A DNA stretch of 64,000 nucleotides from the NCBI GenBank assembly GCA_964016885.1, contig OZ024740.1:33542001-33606000 (forward strand), written 5' to 3'. Both the position numbers and the translations under genes were made by a program. The notes under the pieces are model-generated. The model was not told the DNA's origin, ran no database searches, and was given only the letters and a program-made list of their open reading frames with translations. The DNA comes from Eledone cirrhosa (Eukaryota). Below, one piece after another: positions 1-12,479 of the stretch; the stretch's first letter is position 1; every line of letters starts with the position of its first letter.

Positions 1-1440
1 GTATGTATATATATATATATGTGTTTGTATATATATATGTGTTTGTGTCATCATCGTTTAGATGTTTTTGTAATATCTTGCCAAAGTTGGCACCAACTAT
101 AAACAAATTAAGGCCGGGTCATAAGAAGGACAGAGAATGATAAGGGATTTGGGTAAAAACATCTAAACGATGATGATGACACAAACATATATATATATAT
201 ACAAACATATATATATACATACAGACACACATATATATACACACATATACACACCCACACATATATATATAAGAGAAAATAATCACACACGCAATACTAA
301 TTAACACCATATCACTATAGAGATCTGTTGTAAATAAACAAAGAGTGTATCGTAAATTTCATTGTAAAAAACAAAAAAAACACATTCACTTGTCAAAAAA
401 TCCACTTTCAATTTCGAGGACGTTATTCTTAACCTATGCCTTATTTATTTAAGTATTTCATTAGATTACAAAATGAATTAACATGAAATTATATTTTTCA
501 ATTGATTTTAAATTAGATAAATGCACTATGCTATATGTAGTTCTCGAACTTTTAATTTTTTAGTATCGAACGGTGAACACCCAATATCGGTTTAATAATT
601 ACCTCTTAAAAACATATTTATAACGTTTGTTTTGGACATTACAATTTGAATGTAAAATAAATCGACATTTTATTTAAAATATCGATATCAAACAATATAA
701 AATCAAAATTTAGATTTATTTTTCATGAGTTGCTTTACATGTCTGTCCTATCTGCAAAAGTCCTGTTAGAAAGCATCATCATTGTTATATAACTTCGGTC
801 GCAGTGTAGTATAAGTCTCACACATGTCACAATATTATATTTAATTGAACAAAACATTTGAAACATTAATTCAAGTCCAAAATACAATATAAATATTAGA
901 TTGGCATTGAAAGTTCAAAATGTAGTCCATAACTAAGAGAGTCCGATGTAATAAATTTTTGATCGTTCAGTAACATTTTAAAGGGAGAATGTCACAAATA
1001 GCAAACAGTTCAACATTAAACATATGTAAACTTTCAAGACTGGAAGAAAATTGATAATAATCAGAACAATGTAAACAATAAGATATAAATAGTTCAACAC
1101 TAACCTTAATAATGCATTTTTAAACGTCCTCGAAAAGTGCTTGTGTCCGCTTGACAAGTGCTTACTTAGTTACTTCCCCTTTGTAATTAACAAATAACAT
1201 TTTTTAGATAAGACTGAAATATAAAATAGTTTAGTTGTGTTTTGACCACAGAGATTTATATCATTACTTATTATATCAGCCAGCGGGGTGTCTCTTCTTA
1301 CTCATTCAACTATCTAGAAATATCAGCCAACCCTCCCACAAATCATACTTTTCTGCATATAAGAAAAATACGAGATGGTTATAGGTTAAATGTCTTTGAT
1401 CATAAATCTGCCTGATCAGAGCTTAATCAGCAACATTTCA

Positions 1441-1628
1441 TAATAATTGTTTCTACTTTTTGCACAAGACCAGCAATTAACCAGTACATTACTGGTACTT
1501 TATTTTATCGACCCCGTAAGGATGAAAGGCAAAGTTAACCTCGGCGGGATTTGAACTCAGAATGGAAAGGGCTGTAACTATGCGTCAAAGCATGGCGTCC
1601 GACCCTCTACCGATACTGCCAATCCACG
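1441..1628 (-). mobile_element. SINE (family with GTCGATAAAATAAGTACCAG core and AGAAACAATTATT tail)
   Basis: Near-identical to copies at 40025-40202 (-), 25393-25525 (+) and 8796-8880 (+). B-box-like GAGTTCAAATCC on the minus strand. Confidence 0.8.
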
Positions 1629-2214
1629 ATGTCTAAAAGATACAATGCTTCAACTTTGTATGAGGGGTATTATAGGTTTATATCTGTCATAATAGAGATT
1701 TGATAACACTGTATATACAATTTAAATCATATCAGTTTGAAATACATACACATACAATAAACAATAAGTATAAATATGAGTTAGAAAACAAATACAGTCC
1801 GTTAGTTACACCTAGCCACTGGTTAACTTAGTGTTTTCCTCTAAAGTACTTATATTACTCATAACTTTCAGTACTACATCTCCTATTGCAGCTGATAATA
1901 CATGTGATTAAATTGATTATCGTGAATACAGTTAACAAAATGGACAATAACGATAAAAAGAATCCTAGCTGTCCCAATATGAAATAAGTTAGTATATCAC
2001 GATGGCGAGAAGGGTCACTATAGCTGAAAATAAAGACAATATTCGTATACTGTTATTCATATGATAAATCTAACTGCCCCACTGACACAAAAGGGTGGAT
2101 GGGGTATGAATTAGTCACCTTCTGGTGTCATTAGTAGCTTTTATAGGGTCCACTTCGTTGCCCCCTTTATTTCCAGCTGATTTTCCTGCTTATTTACAAA
2201 CCTGTGGCTTTTAC

Positions 2215-2420
2215 AAATAATTCTTTATCACATTGGCACAAGAGGGAAGCAATTTGGAGGAAGGAGAAAGTCGATTATATCAACCGAGTACTTTATTTTA
2301 TTGACCTCAGAAGGATGAAAGACAAAGTTGACTTCGGCAGGATTTGTACTCTGAATGTAGAAATTTGTAACTAAATATCACAAAGTATTTTGTCTGATGC
2401 TCCACTAATACATCCAGTCT
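2215..2420 (-). mobile_element. Diverged SINE of the same core family
   Basis: tactttattttattgacctcagaaggatgaaagacaaagttgacttcggcaggatttg matches the core of the 1441-1628 copy. Confidence 0.65.
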
Positions 2421-2626
2421 ACGATCCTTCATGTACGAAGTACATAGTACATGAATAATTCTAGGTGCTCCCACCTAGAATAGTGACCTCTAGGAGATGG
2501 TTCATCTTCTGCCTGACTGTAAAACGTGTATCATTGCATAGACGTGGTTGTTCCACGTTTCTCTAAAGGATGATGGAAGTTCCAATCTTTTATATTATAT
2601 GTAGATATAGATATAGATATAGATAA

Positions 2627-2875
2627 TTAATATAAAAGATGATGCTCAGCCAGTTCGTCTTCAACCATCGCAGCACGCCGTCGCTGCTTGGCTCCAGTGT
2701 TTCGTTGGCGTTGTTCAGCCAGCTCCTCTTCATTCATGGCGGCACGTCTTCGCCTCTGAAGTTCGGCGTTCCGATGGCGCTGTTCGGCCCGTTTTTCTTC
2801 ATTCCTGGCTGCACGCCGTCGTCGCTGTAGTTCACTGTTTGATAAAGTCGAATTGCTTTTATTATCAGTATTCAT
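2627..2875 (-). mobile_element. Helitron-like RepHel N-terminal fragment (23-aa STPR-like repeats)
   Basis: About three 23-aa charged helical repeats (NxELQRRRRAAxNEExxAEQRxR) truncated into AT-rich sequence. This repeat type occurs at the N-termini of animal Helitron proteins. Confidence 0.55.
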
Positions 2876-3414
2876 TTCGAGAAATTGTCAAAAAATGACA
2901 CAATAATAAATATAAAAGATGTCTGTCAATGTAAAAAAAGGTCCCTATTTACTCCCTTCACAACTCTGTGTATGTTAGACTGACAGACAGATAAACTGCG
3001 TGGCGATTGTGGAACGCCACCCACGTACACACACATACACGCATGGAAACGCGCACACGCACGCAAACTTACACATGTTGATAGTTTTTACTTTCTGTGG
3101 AACGCTGCACGCACGCACACACACATAAACATACGCACACGTACTTACACACGCACACATGGTAATAGTTACAGCGTTCACTTTGCCTCTCTGTTTCTTA
3201 CTCTCCCCTCTCACTCCCTCATTGGCATTATGCGTATTAATTTAAGTTTGGCGTCGTTGGGGTGGGCGGAGTCGTTTGAAACCTATGAACCAATGATAAT
3301 CGAGAATTATGACACACGGAATACTGACGTTGTTGAAATTAATATATAGATGCGTGTGTATGTGTTTATCACCGTACTTAAATTAGAGACATATATATCC
3401 CAGTCTACTGTCTC

Positions 3415-3459
<45 letters not shown>

Positions 3460-4471
3460 GCAAAAAGAAAAAGATGTATGTGACACCTCCATCTACTAGA
3501 AATATTAGCAAAATCTATTTCAAATCACAGCAAATAGTATTACACACACAAACACACACACATGCATGTGTGTGTATGTATGTCATGAAAGCCACTATAA
3601 CTGTTGGTGTACCTAAAAGAAATAGAAAACAAATCTCCCTCAAACAAGATCCTACTGCCATAGAGGTAAAAGTTGGTGAAAGCTACAGTGTAAAAATTTT
3701 AATTAACCCAGGCTCTGCTCCACTTTGGGCCAAGGAGTGTAAACTCTCTGAATAACAGTCATCTCCGACAGGTTTGTTGTTGAGCCCATAGCAATGGAGA
3801 CTTCTGGTGTCCTTGGCTCTAGGGCTACCTCCCAACTCACCACTATCGGCACAGATTTGGCTACCCGCAGGGGTGAGCCTCACAAGACGGATTGGATTTT
3901 CTGGACTGTCGGGCGGCTTGCGTGTGGGCCCCCATTTGTTCATAATAGTGAGTGATGGAGAGATTGGGAGAGATGGAGGCAGTGACAGTGGGAGTTTGGT
4001 TCTTGGTGTATATGTATATATTTACCACACTTATACACATTTAAATAAACTTTCCTGAATTACAGAAATGAGTAAGTAAATTCTTCATTCATTCATAAAC
4101 CAATGGTAAATTTATTTTTTTAATTTCATTTTATTTATGCTTCTTAAAATAGCCTTCACATTTTGTTTGAATTTCAGAGGTTCTGATTCCCCCCCCCCCC
4201 CCCCCCCCCGGATGAATAAAATCAAATTTTTTTTTTGGGGGGGGGTCATGCCCATTTCACTGACAACATACCTAATGATTCTTCCAAGTGCGAAGCATTA
4301 TATATGCTGACTGAAATAGGGAGCAGTATTTTAAAAAAATCACCACTGGACAAAACTAATATTTTTATCTACATGATTTGCTTTAAACAAACGTCAATAA
4401 ATATTCTGCTATAATTCCTACTTTAGTTAAAATTCAGCAATCATATTTCAATATTGTAACTTTAATAAAAT

Positions 4472-4500
4472 ACCTGGGAATCACTGGGTAGCTCAGCTAG
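4472..4500 (+). mobile_element. Degenerate Helitron 3' terminus
   Basis: Imperfect GC hairpin acctgggaatcactgggt, a short spacer, then CTAG followed by T. Confidence 0.45.
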
Positions 4501-4799
4501 TATACAATAAAAACACATGTGCCAGTAGAGTTTCACTTCAGTTTATTATCAGTTGGGTAACTAATTCATTCATTGGTTAGTTTAGTAACCAGATAGTTGT
4601 TATTGGAAAACAAAAACAAAGACAAAAATATAAAAATATGTTTTTAAAGGCTTTATTAAGGTGTCTGTAACTGCTTTTAGTTTATGCAAATTAAATAAAA
4701 ATAATTCAATACCATCTTGACTTTCCTTGAATGTGTGTCAAAGAAGATAGCAAAATACCGAAAAGGGGGTAAGAGTGAGAACACATCCTTGTTTTAGTC

Positions 4800-5580
4800 T
4801 GTAGTAAGCAGCAGAGGCATTACTTACCGCGGTGGAACAATTGGGTTGCGCTTGGTAAATCGCCGGACCTGTAAGTCGGCAGCGCAGAAATACCAGGTAC
4901 TTATTTCCAACCAGCAAAACCAATTCGCGCTCTTTTTCTCTTCTAAACAGTTGCTGCTTTCATTTTGAGGAGACAAGACCTAACTAATCACATTCCCAGT
5001 CGATACTAGCAAGATGTAGCACTAAACAAGAAACTTTGGCCCTCTCGGCAAGGGCCCAGCAACATTCTTCCCTTATTTCAAATACATTTTTATTGTTTAA
5101 TTTAATAATGCGGTATGCTACCAGCTTTTCAATCTCTTTGTGTTTATATCAATTTACGGAAGAAAATAAACCCTTTATAAAATGTTTTAACAGCCTTCTG
5201 ATAATTTCTGCCACCATTGTAATCTTCACACATCTTAAAAATATTTCTTCTGAGATTATCTTTCATCAACCAACTAGATATCTCATCTGCTAAAATGGTA
5301 CAACCAAATAACTTTCTTTTACTGCTAAAGTGGTGACCCCGACGTGATATGGAAAAATCATTTTTTCCAAGGTAATACCACTTCACACCACAACAAGTGA
5401 GTACAGTTTTTGTTTCCTGAAAGATGGCATAACTTCTCTCAACTCACTGAGATCAACTTCACTTACTCACTTGAAAACAACAACAGCTAATAAAAATTTC
5501 AACTGCTAAAACTCCACCAATGACTTGAAATTACTCCCACATAATTTCCATCAATCAACTTTAAATAATTCTTGACTGAT
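4800..5580 (+). mobile_element. Truncated LTR retrotransposon: putative 5' LTR (4800-5329), tRNA-Trp PBS (5331-5348) and leader
   Basis: TGGTGACCCCGACGTGAT is an 18-nt complement of the eukaryotic tRNA-Trp 3' end. It is preceded by CTGCTAAA, the same end as the Gypsy LTR at 44499. A TGTAGT start lies at 4800; this left boundary is inferred. Confidence 0.7.
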
Positions 5581-5629
5581 GGTAAATAAGTTTCACATGT
5601 GTCTGTTATTTGAATTTCAATACTTTTAC

Positions 5630-6200
5630 TTGCTGACATGGGTTGGACGGGTCCTTGTCAGCACAGCCTTCCTCCACTAGTAATGTTCCTTCGTTATCTC
5701 TACTGTGAGGTCCAATGTTTTGAGATCAGCTGTAACCATCTCTCACTAGGTTTTTCTGTCTTCCTCTACCGCAGCTTCCTTCCACTTTCATCAGCTTACA
5801 CTTCTTCACTCAGCATTCATCATCCTTATGTACTACATGTCCATATCAGTGCAGTCTTCTCTTGCATACTACATATCTTATACTCAGCTTTTCTTTCAGT
5901 TTATTCATGCCCTGTTGTTCATACACATTCAATGGAGCATGCTGGCTTCATTTCTCTCCAGCCTCTTATATCCTCTGCATCTACCAACCATGTCTCTTTG
6001 CCATGCAAGATTACACTTCTTACACAGGCATCATACAATCTACCCTTCATTCGTAGGGAAAATCCCTTTGTTGTAAAAAAATGTAAACTTTTTCCAACCT
6101 ATCATTATTCTAGCTACTATACTTTCAGAGCAACCCCCTTCATTGCTAATTAAGCACCTAAGTAACAGAAGCTATCAATTACTTCTATGGTACCTCTCAA
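5630..6200 (-). mobile_element. Old RTE-like LINE 3' fragment
   Basis: catgggttggacgggtcc 3' motif shared with the RTE 3' ends in the window, plus degenerate RT C-terminal coding remnants. Confidence 0.5.
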
Positions 6201-7368
6201 GATGGAAAAATGTTTATTTCACTACTGCTCTAACTAATAACTATCTCTGTACATCTACCACATACATAGTTTATCTTTACTGTTAGTCTACCACTTCCAC
6301 CATTACACCTCTTGTGTACCCAAGATTTACATTATGTATATTGTATAGAGTTCTTACCTACTCCTTTTTTACTTATTGAGCAAGCCACTTCCCTGATGGG
6401 ATCAGTGTCTTGTCCTCTTTCTTATTTACTAAAAGTTTGGTCTTTGTACTGTTTCTACAACAGGAATTTTTTTCCTCAAGATCTTCTACAAATTTGGCTA
6501 TGAGAACCAGGTCATGAGCACCCAGAATGATTAATTTCATGCTTGGGATGCTGTGTCCTTGGTTATTGAGATTCCATAAGAAATGGGAGAGGGTAATAGA
6601 GTTTTCCCTATTCCTGTACCAGAATGAGTGTATGTACTGGGTAAATCTAGCCTAAAACTCATTGGTTATGTGTATGTTGGGGCTTATGTGGCTGGGTACT
6701 TTGTTGTTGTTGTTGTTATAACGTGCGATATTTGAAGTTATGCTATCTAAACAAGAATTAGGATTTCCACTTAAATATGGTAATGCTAAGAAACTCATAG
6801 CATTAGGATAGGTAACAGCGAGGTTAAAGCACTGGAACAGTCAAGCACCACGAAGACGTGAACACTCAATTACACACTACATCAAGGAATGCTGGAGTTG
6901 CCTACTAAAAATATTTGAGGCAAGCCAAGACACTTACCACGGATGATAGAATAGCCAAGTACCCCATAAACCACCTGATACTTGATTAAAGCATGCCATA
7001 AACAATAGCAAAACCCTGTTGTTAACGGTCCACCTGCCCCACCTCACCTTTCGAAAGTTACAGGCTGAGAATTGTAATTTACCGATAAATTACTGTCAGG
7101 AGTATTTTAAATACAATTTATTTCGCTAATGAAAAGTGGGAAATATTTGACTTAGCACATGGTTTAGCTACTAATTACATTTTTATATTCTATTCACAGT
7201 TGATGAATAACAATTCAAATGCGTAAATAACATTATATATTTGTAGTGGATACATGCGCAAAATAAATATAATAATAGAATTCATTGAACAGTAATGATA
7301 AAGGAAAAAAAAGAGGGAAGCAATTCACCACCAAGTGCGACAATCAGCCACACCTCACACCTTAGGGG

Positions 7369-7780
7369 TTAACTACACACTTTGAGGCAAGCCAATACGC
7401 TCGCAGCATTACCACAGGTGATGGCGAGGCTAAGGTGCTGAGATAACCACGCACCCTCACGGGCATCATCTGACACATCCGTAAGGCGAGCCGCCAGTGA
7501 TGACAAGAACTTCGTTGTCAACGGCCCAACTGCACCAAACGTCTCGAACACCACAAGCTGTAAAAAATAATTGTTAGATAGATCCTGGTATTTCCAATTT
7601 TATTCCGTTCGGCAAAGGAAGCAGTGACCCCCACATTCACCGCGTCATCCATGATGTGGGAGGGAGCAAAGGAGTCACTGACTGTGACGTCCCAGATGAG
7701 ACACCTACCTCTCACTCAGGGACAAAGGTCTCTTCCCATCACTTCTGGATAAACCAGCCAGCTCTATGAGAATTGCCGTA
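7369..7780 (-). mobile_element. CRE-clade non-LTR retrotransposon 3' fragment (restriction-like endonuclease)
   Basis: Frameshifted translation LAGLSRSDGKRP...RGRCLIWDVTVSDSFAPSH...AERNK...FETFGAVG...LSLAITCGNAASVL, the C-terminal PD-(D/E)xK region of CRE elements. Confidence 0.8.
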
Positions 7781-7859
7781 ATACAAACACATAATTTTAA
7801 TTCATTAATAATTTAATCGAAATATATATTTTGAATGTTTAATTATAGTAATCACGAAA

Positions 7860-7951
7860 CATATCGAACTCTCCTAGTGAATATTTTCCTGATGACGCAT
7901 ACCATCGCCGATCTGGGATTTTTATTTACGTAACGGAATTAAGTGGTAAGT
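7860..7951 (+). promoter_or_regulatory. Possible non-coding first exon/promoter of ABCC10
   Basis: Locally CpG-containing non-repeat stretch with a TGACG site and a strong donor G|GTAAGT at 7946. The coding exon has an acceptor at 14348, so an upstream exon is expected. Speculative. Confidence 0.25.
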
Positions 7952-8574
7952 CTGGGAAAAAAACAGAGATATAAATAATGTTAAATACTATATAAGGAAA
8001 GCATGACTTCAGTTCGTGGCCATTTTACTTAATTTATGACACTAATGTTTATTTTTTAATGACATGAACACCACAACATCCACTTATGATCTTTCAACAC
8101 CCAGTCTTCTGTCTACTCCCCGCCACCCCAACAAAAATCAATATGCAAGGGAGATAATTATGTGGACACTTGTTAATCTCCCAAGTTACTTTACTTGTCT
8201 TGCCTGCATTTTGTCGACATCATCCACAAATTATCGTCTGACGTTGACTTTAAAATATATTTATTTCTATAATTATTTTATGTTTTATGCATGAGTAACG
8301 AATTAGCAAAAATAATACAGTAAGTATATTTTTACATATTTCATAAGAAATATTTGATTTTCTTTTGTAAATCTATTGTTTTAGAAATGAAGCGTCTCAA
8401 CGCGTCGTAATCTTCTTTAATTTCACGTTAACATTTCCGATTTTGATTATTTAGATTACTATCTCTTCTTAAAGAAGATATTCTTTTTAGTTACCTAGTA
8501 ACAAAACAAAAAAAAAATCACTCTGAGCATTAATCTCAAATGTTGCGCATCTGGTTAAATTACATTATTTCATT

Positions 8575-9034
8575 TGTCAGGTTCATAACCATTCCGAGGG
8601 TATTATCCATGTGAAGAATGAAATGAAATGTTTACAATTGAGAAGTGAAACTTAACCGAAGGCTCACTTTGCCGGCAGCTTATCTAGACGGCTCTTATCA
8701 ACACTAGAAATTGTTAGTTGACAAATGAAATAATTGTTTCTACTTTTGGCACAAGGCCAGCAATTACCAGTGCATTACTGGTACTTTATTTTATATTTCA
8801 TCCTTACGGGGTCGATAAAATAAAGTACCAGTAATGCACTGGTAATTGCTGGCCTTGTGCCTAAAGTAGAAACAATTATTTCATTTGTCAACTAACAATT
8901 TCTAGTGTTGATAAGAGCCGTCTAGATAAGCTCCCGGCAAAGTGAGCCTTCGGTTAAGTTTCACTTCTCAATTGTAAATATTTCATTTCATTCTTCACAT
9001 GGATAATACCCTCGGAATGGTTATGAACCTGACA
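8575..9034. repeat. Long inverted repeat (220-bp arms, 20-nt loop) centred on a truncated SINE
   Basis: 8575-8794 is the reverse complement of 8815-9034, with about 3 mismatches. Confidence 0.95.
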
Positions 9035-9234
9035 CAACCTCATTTCATCTTCTCTCAAAATCTGAAGTTTTGTAACAACGTGACAGATCAGTAATTTGTC
9101 ATATACAAATTATAATATATACTCCTATAATCGAATTAGTTATAATATATGGATTAAAAGCCGTTTCATAGATAATGTATAGCAATTTAAAGAAAAAGAA
9201 TAGAAATATAATTATCACCTACAAATATATGTAT

Positions 9235-9910
9235 AGATTTGACTGTTGATATCATGTAAAATTTCTACGACTTTCTACAGATGTAATATTTATAGATTTG
9301 TTTGTTGTAAAATATACACAACTTTCTACAGATATAAAATCTATAGACTTGTCTGTTGATGTGTAAAATATACACAACTTTCTACAGATGTAATATTTAT
9401 AGATTTGTTTGTTGTAAAATATACACAACTTTCTACAGATATAATATCTATAGACTTGTCTGTTGATGTGTAAAATATACACAACTTTCTACAGATGTAA
9501 TATTTATAGATTTGTTTGTTGTAAAATATACACAACTTTCTACAGATGTAATATTTATAGATTTGTTTGTTGTAAAATATACACAACTTTCTACAGATGT
9601 AATATCTATAGACTTGTCTGTTGATGTGTAAAATATACACAACTTTCTACAGATGTAATATTTATAGATTTGTTTGTTGTAAAATATTCATAACTTTCTA
9701 CAGATGTAATATATATGGATCTGTCTGTTGATATATAAAATATACACACCTTTCTACAGATGTAATATCTATAGACTTGTTTGTTGATGTGTAGAATATA
9801 CACACCTTTCTACAGATGTAATATCTATAGACTTGTTTGTTTATATATAAAATTTCTACAACTTTCTACATGGCATTGCCTGTTTATATGTAAAATATAT
9901 AAAACTTTCT
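9235..9910. repeat. Minisatellite with alternating ~42 and ~47 bp units
   Basis: Recurring aaaatatacacaactttctacagatgtaatat with two alternative spacers. Confidence 0.9.
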
Positions 9911-10449
9911 ACATTGAACAATTTCTTCTTTAACATGGTCCATAGTCTTCCTTGTTTGTTCAGACATATATATCTCTCTTAATAAATAGTGATAAAGTTT
10001 AAATAACTATCATGGGAAAACAAGACTGTTATTTTGTGTTATATATTATGTTTGAATTAATACTGAAACATTTCTAATTCCATATGTGTGCCTTATCATA
10101 TTGTTTTCTTTCTAAACTAAGGTTTATCTTTAGTAAGAAGATAGGAAATAAGAAGCACACCTTTAACGTGATTTTTAAAATAATATATTTATATACTCGT
10201 AAAATAATCTTTTATTTCACAAAAGAAAGTGTTAAATTATTCTTTAGGTTGCTTGTAAGCCTGAAATCTTTCTTTTTTATATCATTTTTTTAATTTCCTT
10301 GAGTTAACATTTTCACAATATTTGGTTTAAGATTCGGCAATATTATAAGTCTTATTTAAACAGAATAATAAATAATTTTATTTCCTGTGTCTGAGTTACA
10401 CTGTATAAAATATACATTTGTGATTCCATATCTTCCACTCACTAATGTA

Positions 10450-11080
10450 TAAACTTATATTGCTGGATGTATAATGTTAGTATATGTGAATGACCGAGCA
10501 CAAGTGAACTGAAAGAAAAGCTGAGTATAAGAGGAAGACGATTGTACTGGTATGGTCATGTGATACGTAAGTAGTGTGAGAGTTATATAAAAAATAAAAG
10601 GTTGTGTGCTTCAAAAGAATGGAACCTATGGATGAGGGAGACCAGAAAGACATGGGACAAAGTTGTGAATAACGATCTCAAGAAATCGAACCTTCTCAAG
10701 AGATGACACAGGACCAAGCTAACTGGTGGTATGCCAAAATATAAAGGACTCATCTACCCCTACAAGCATTGTGACACTAAAAATAAAATTGGTGAAAGAC
10801 TGGGGACTATAATGTTCATGATTGAACGAAGACAATATAGGGATTGAGAGGAATCTTCAGTTAGGATGAGAATGTGACAACCTCTCTAGTGTTTGTGCCA
10901 CAATAAAATGCAACCATTACACCTTGCAAGGTGGATGGCACTAGGAAGGCATCCAACTGTAGAAATTATGTGACATATGGAACATATGGGTGAGATGGAG
11001 TGACTTCAACAAGTTTTGACTCAGATTGTGACAACCTGTCCAACTGGTGGCAGAATGTAAAGTGGATGTAAAGTGATGTT
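10450..11080 (+). mobile_element. Degenerate RTE 3' fragments
   Basis: aagctgagtataagagga, tggtatggtcatgtgat and gggagaccagaaagacatggga match the RTE C-terminus (WYGHV, GRPxKTW). Confidence 0.6.
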
Positions 11081-11139
<59 letters not shown>

Positions 11140-11635
11140 GATTTGTGCTATCTATGCAATGTTTTGTATGATATACACATACTGAATTCATTTGCCAAAA
11201 TGTGGGGAATTTCCCCTTGTGACTTACGCATGTGCGTTTACAAAGTTCTGCGTCACTCGCAAAGTTGGTTACAGAGCAAAATTACCTGTTGATAACGTGA
11301 TATTCCTTGTTCGATCTTTATGCTGAAGGCTTATAGTTTTAAGCAGACAGTATTATTGATTTAGGTGTCATAGAAACCCTGCATTTGGATTTTACCATTT
11401 ATTCCATTTGGGTCCAGGTCTGTTTTTATCATTTATTTTGTTTGACCTGTTTAGCTTCATTTGTTTTTTGGCTTAGGTGGTTAATGCCTTCTTAACCACT
11501 TTTTCAGTTTGTATGGCGTTTTAACATATTGTTTAGCTCTAGTTTTCTTAACTATTGAGCGCTTGCCAACATTTCTACGATTTTGCGTTTCGTTTCGCTT
11601 TTTCTACCAGCCGAAATACGATTCTCGCTGAATTA

Positions 11636-11672
<37 letters not shown>

Positions 11673-12479
11673 AACCAAGTCCACCTTGTTAAAGTGGTCA
11701 TACTGGTGGCATGACAAAAAACACCCAGTCCACCCTGTAAAGTGGTCATGTTGGTGGCATGAAAAAAAAATGGCCAGTCCACACTGTAACTAGGAAGGGT
11801 ATCCAGCTGTAGAAACCAAGCCAAAAGACAGATTCATATGAATGTGATGTGGTCACCTGACATGACATGTTTCATAACATGACAACCTGTGGAAAAGCAG
11901 ATGTTAAATCATGATAATGGTAAGCCAGGGCCCCATAAGCCAGAGAGAAGGAAGCTCCTCTTGGAGAGCAGTAACTCCTAATGAATAATACTGCATGGGG
12001 TAAACAAAGACTCAGAAGTCATCTCAGCTAAGAGAGCAGTTATTCTCAATTAAAACTGATACAGGGTAAAGAGGATTATTAAATTTTCACATACCGACTA
12101 AAATGCATCCAGGTCCGTGCTGTAAAGTGGTTGGTGGTAAGAACGGCATCATGCCAGAAAACCTCAGTCCTTGCTGTACAGTGGTTGGTGATAAGAAGGC
12201 ATCTAGCCAGAAAACTTTTGCAAAAAAACTATGACGAGCACAACACATATTAAAAATAATTGTATATATATGGCTGACATTAATCATATTAATGCTGTGC
12301 AGTGTAGTTGGGCTGGTTAGCCTAAACTAGCACAATATATAGTATTAAAAATAGTTGTATATATATGGCTAACCCTAATTGTATTAATGTTGCACAGTGT
12401 AGTTGGGCTGGTTAGCCTAGCCAAGTGTAAGAACCCTCCCTAATCATCATCAATTAATCACACATTCCCTTTCAGGTAC

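Noticed and set aside
5331-5348. tRNA-Trp gene
   Set aside because: Only the 18-nt 3' end including CCA is present, which marks a primer binding site and not a gene.
5144-5386. Possible DNA transposase fragment on the minus strand
   Set aside because: No convincing motif; the region is better explained as an LTR end plus PBS on the plus strand.
7888-7925. CTGATGA as a hammerhead core (also at about 51578)
   Set aside because: No stem II followed by GAAA and no matching stem I.
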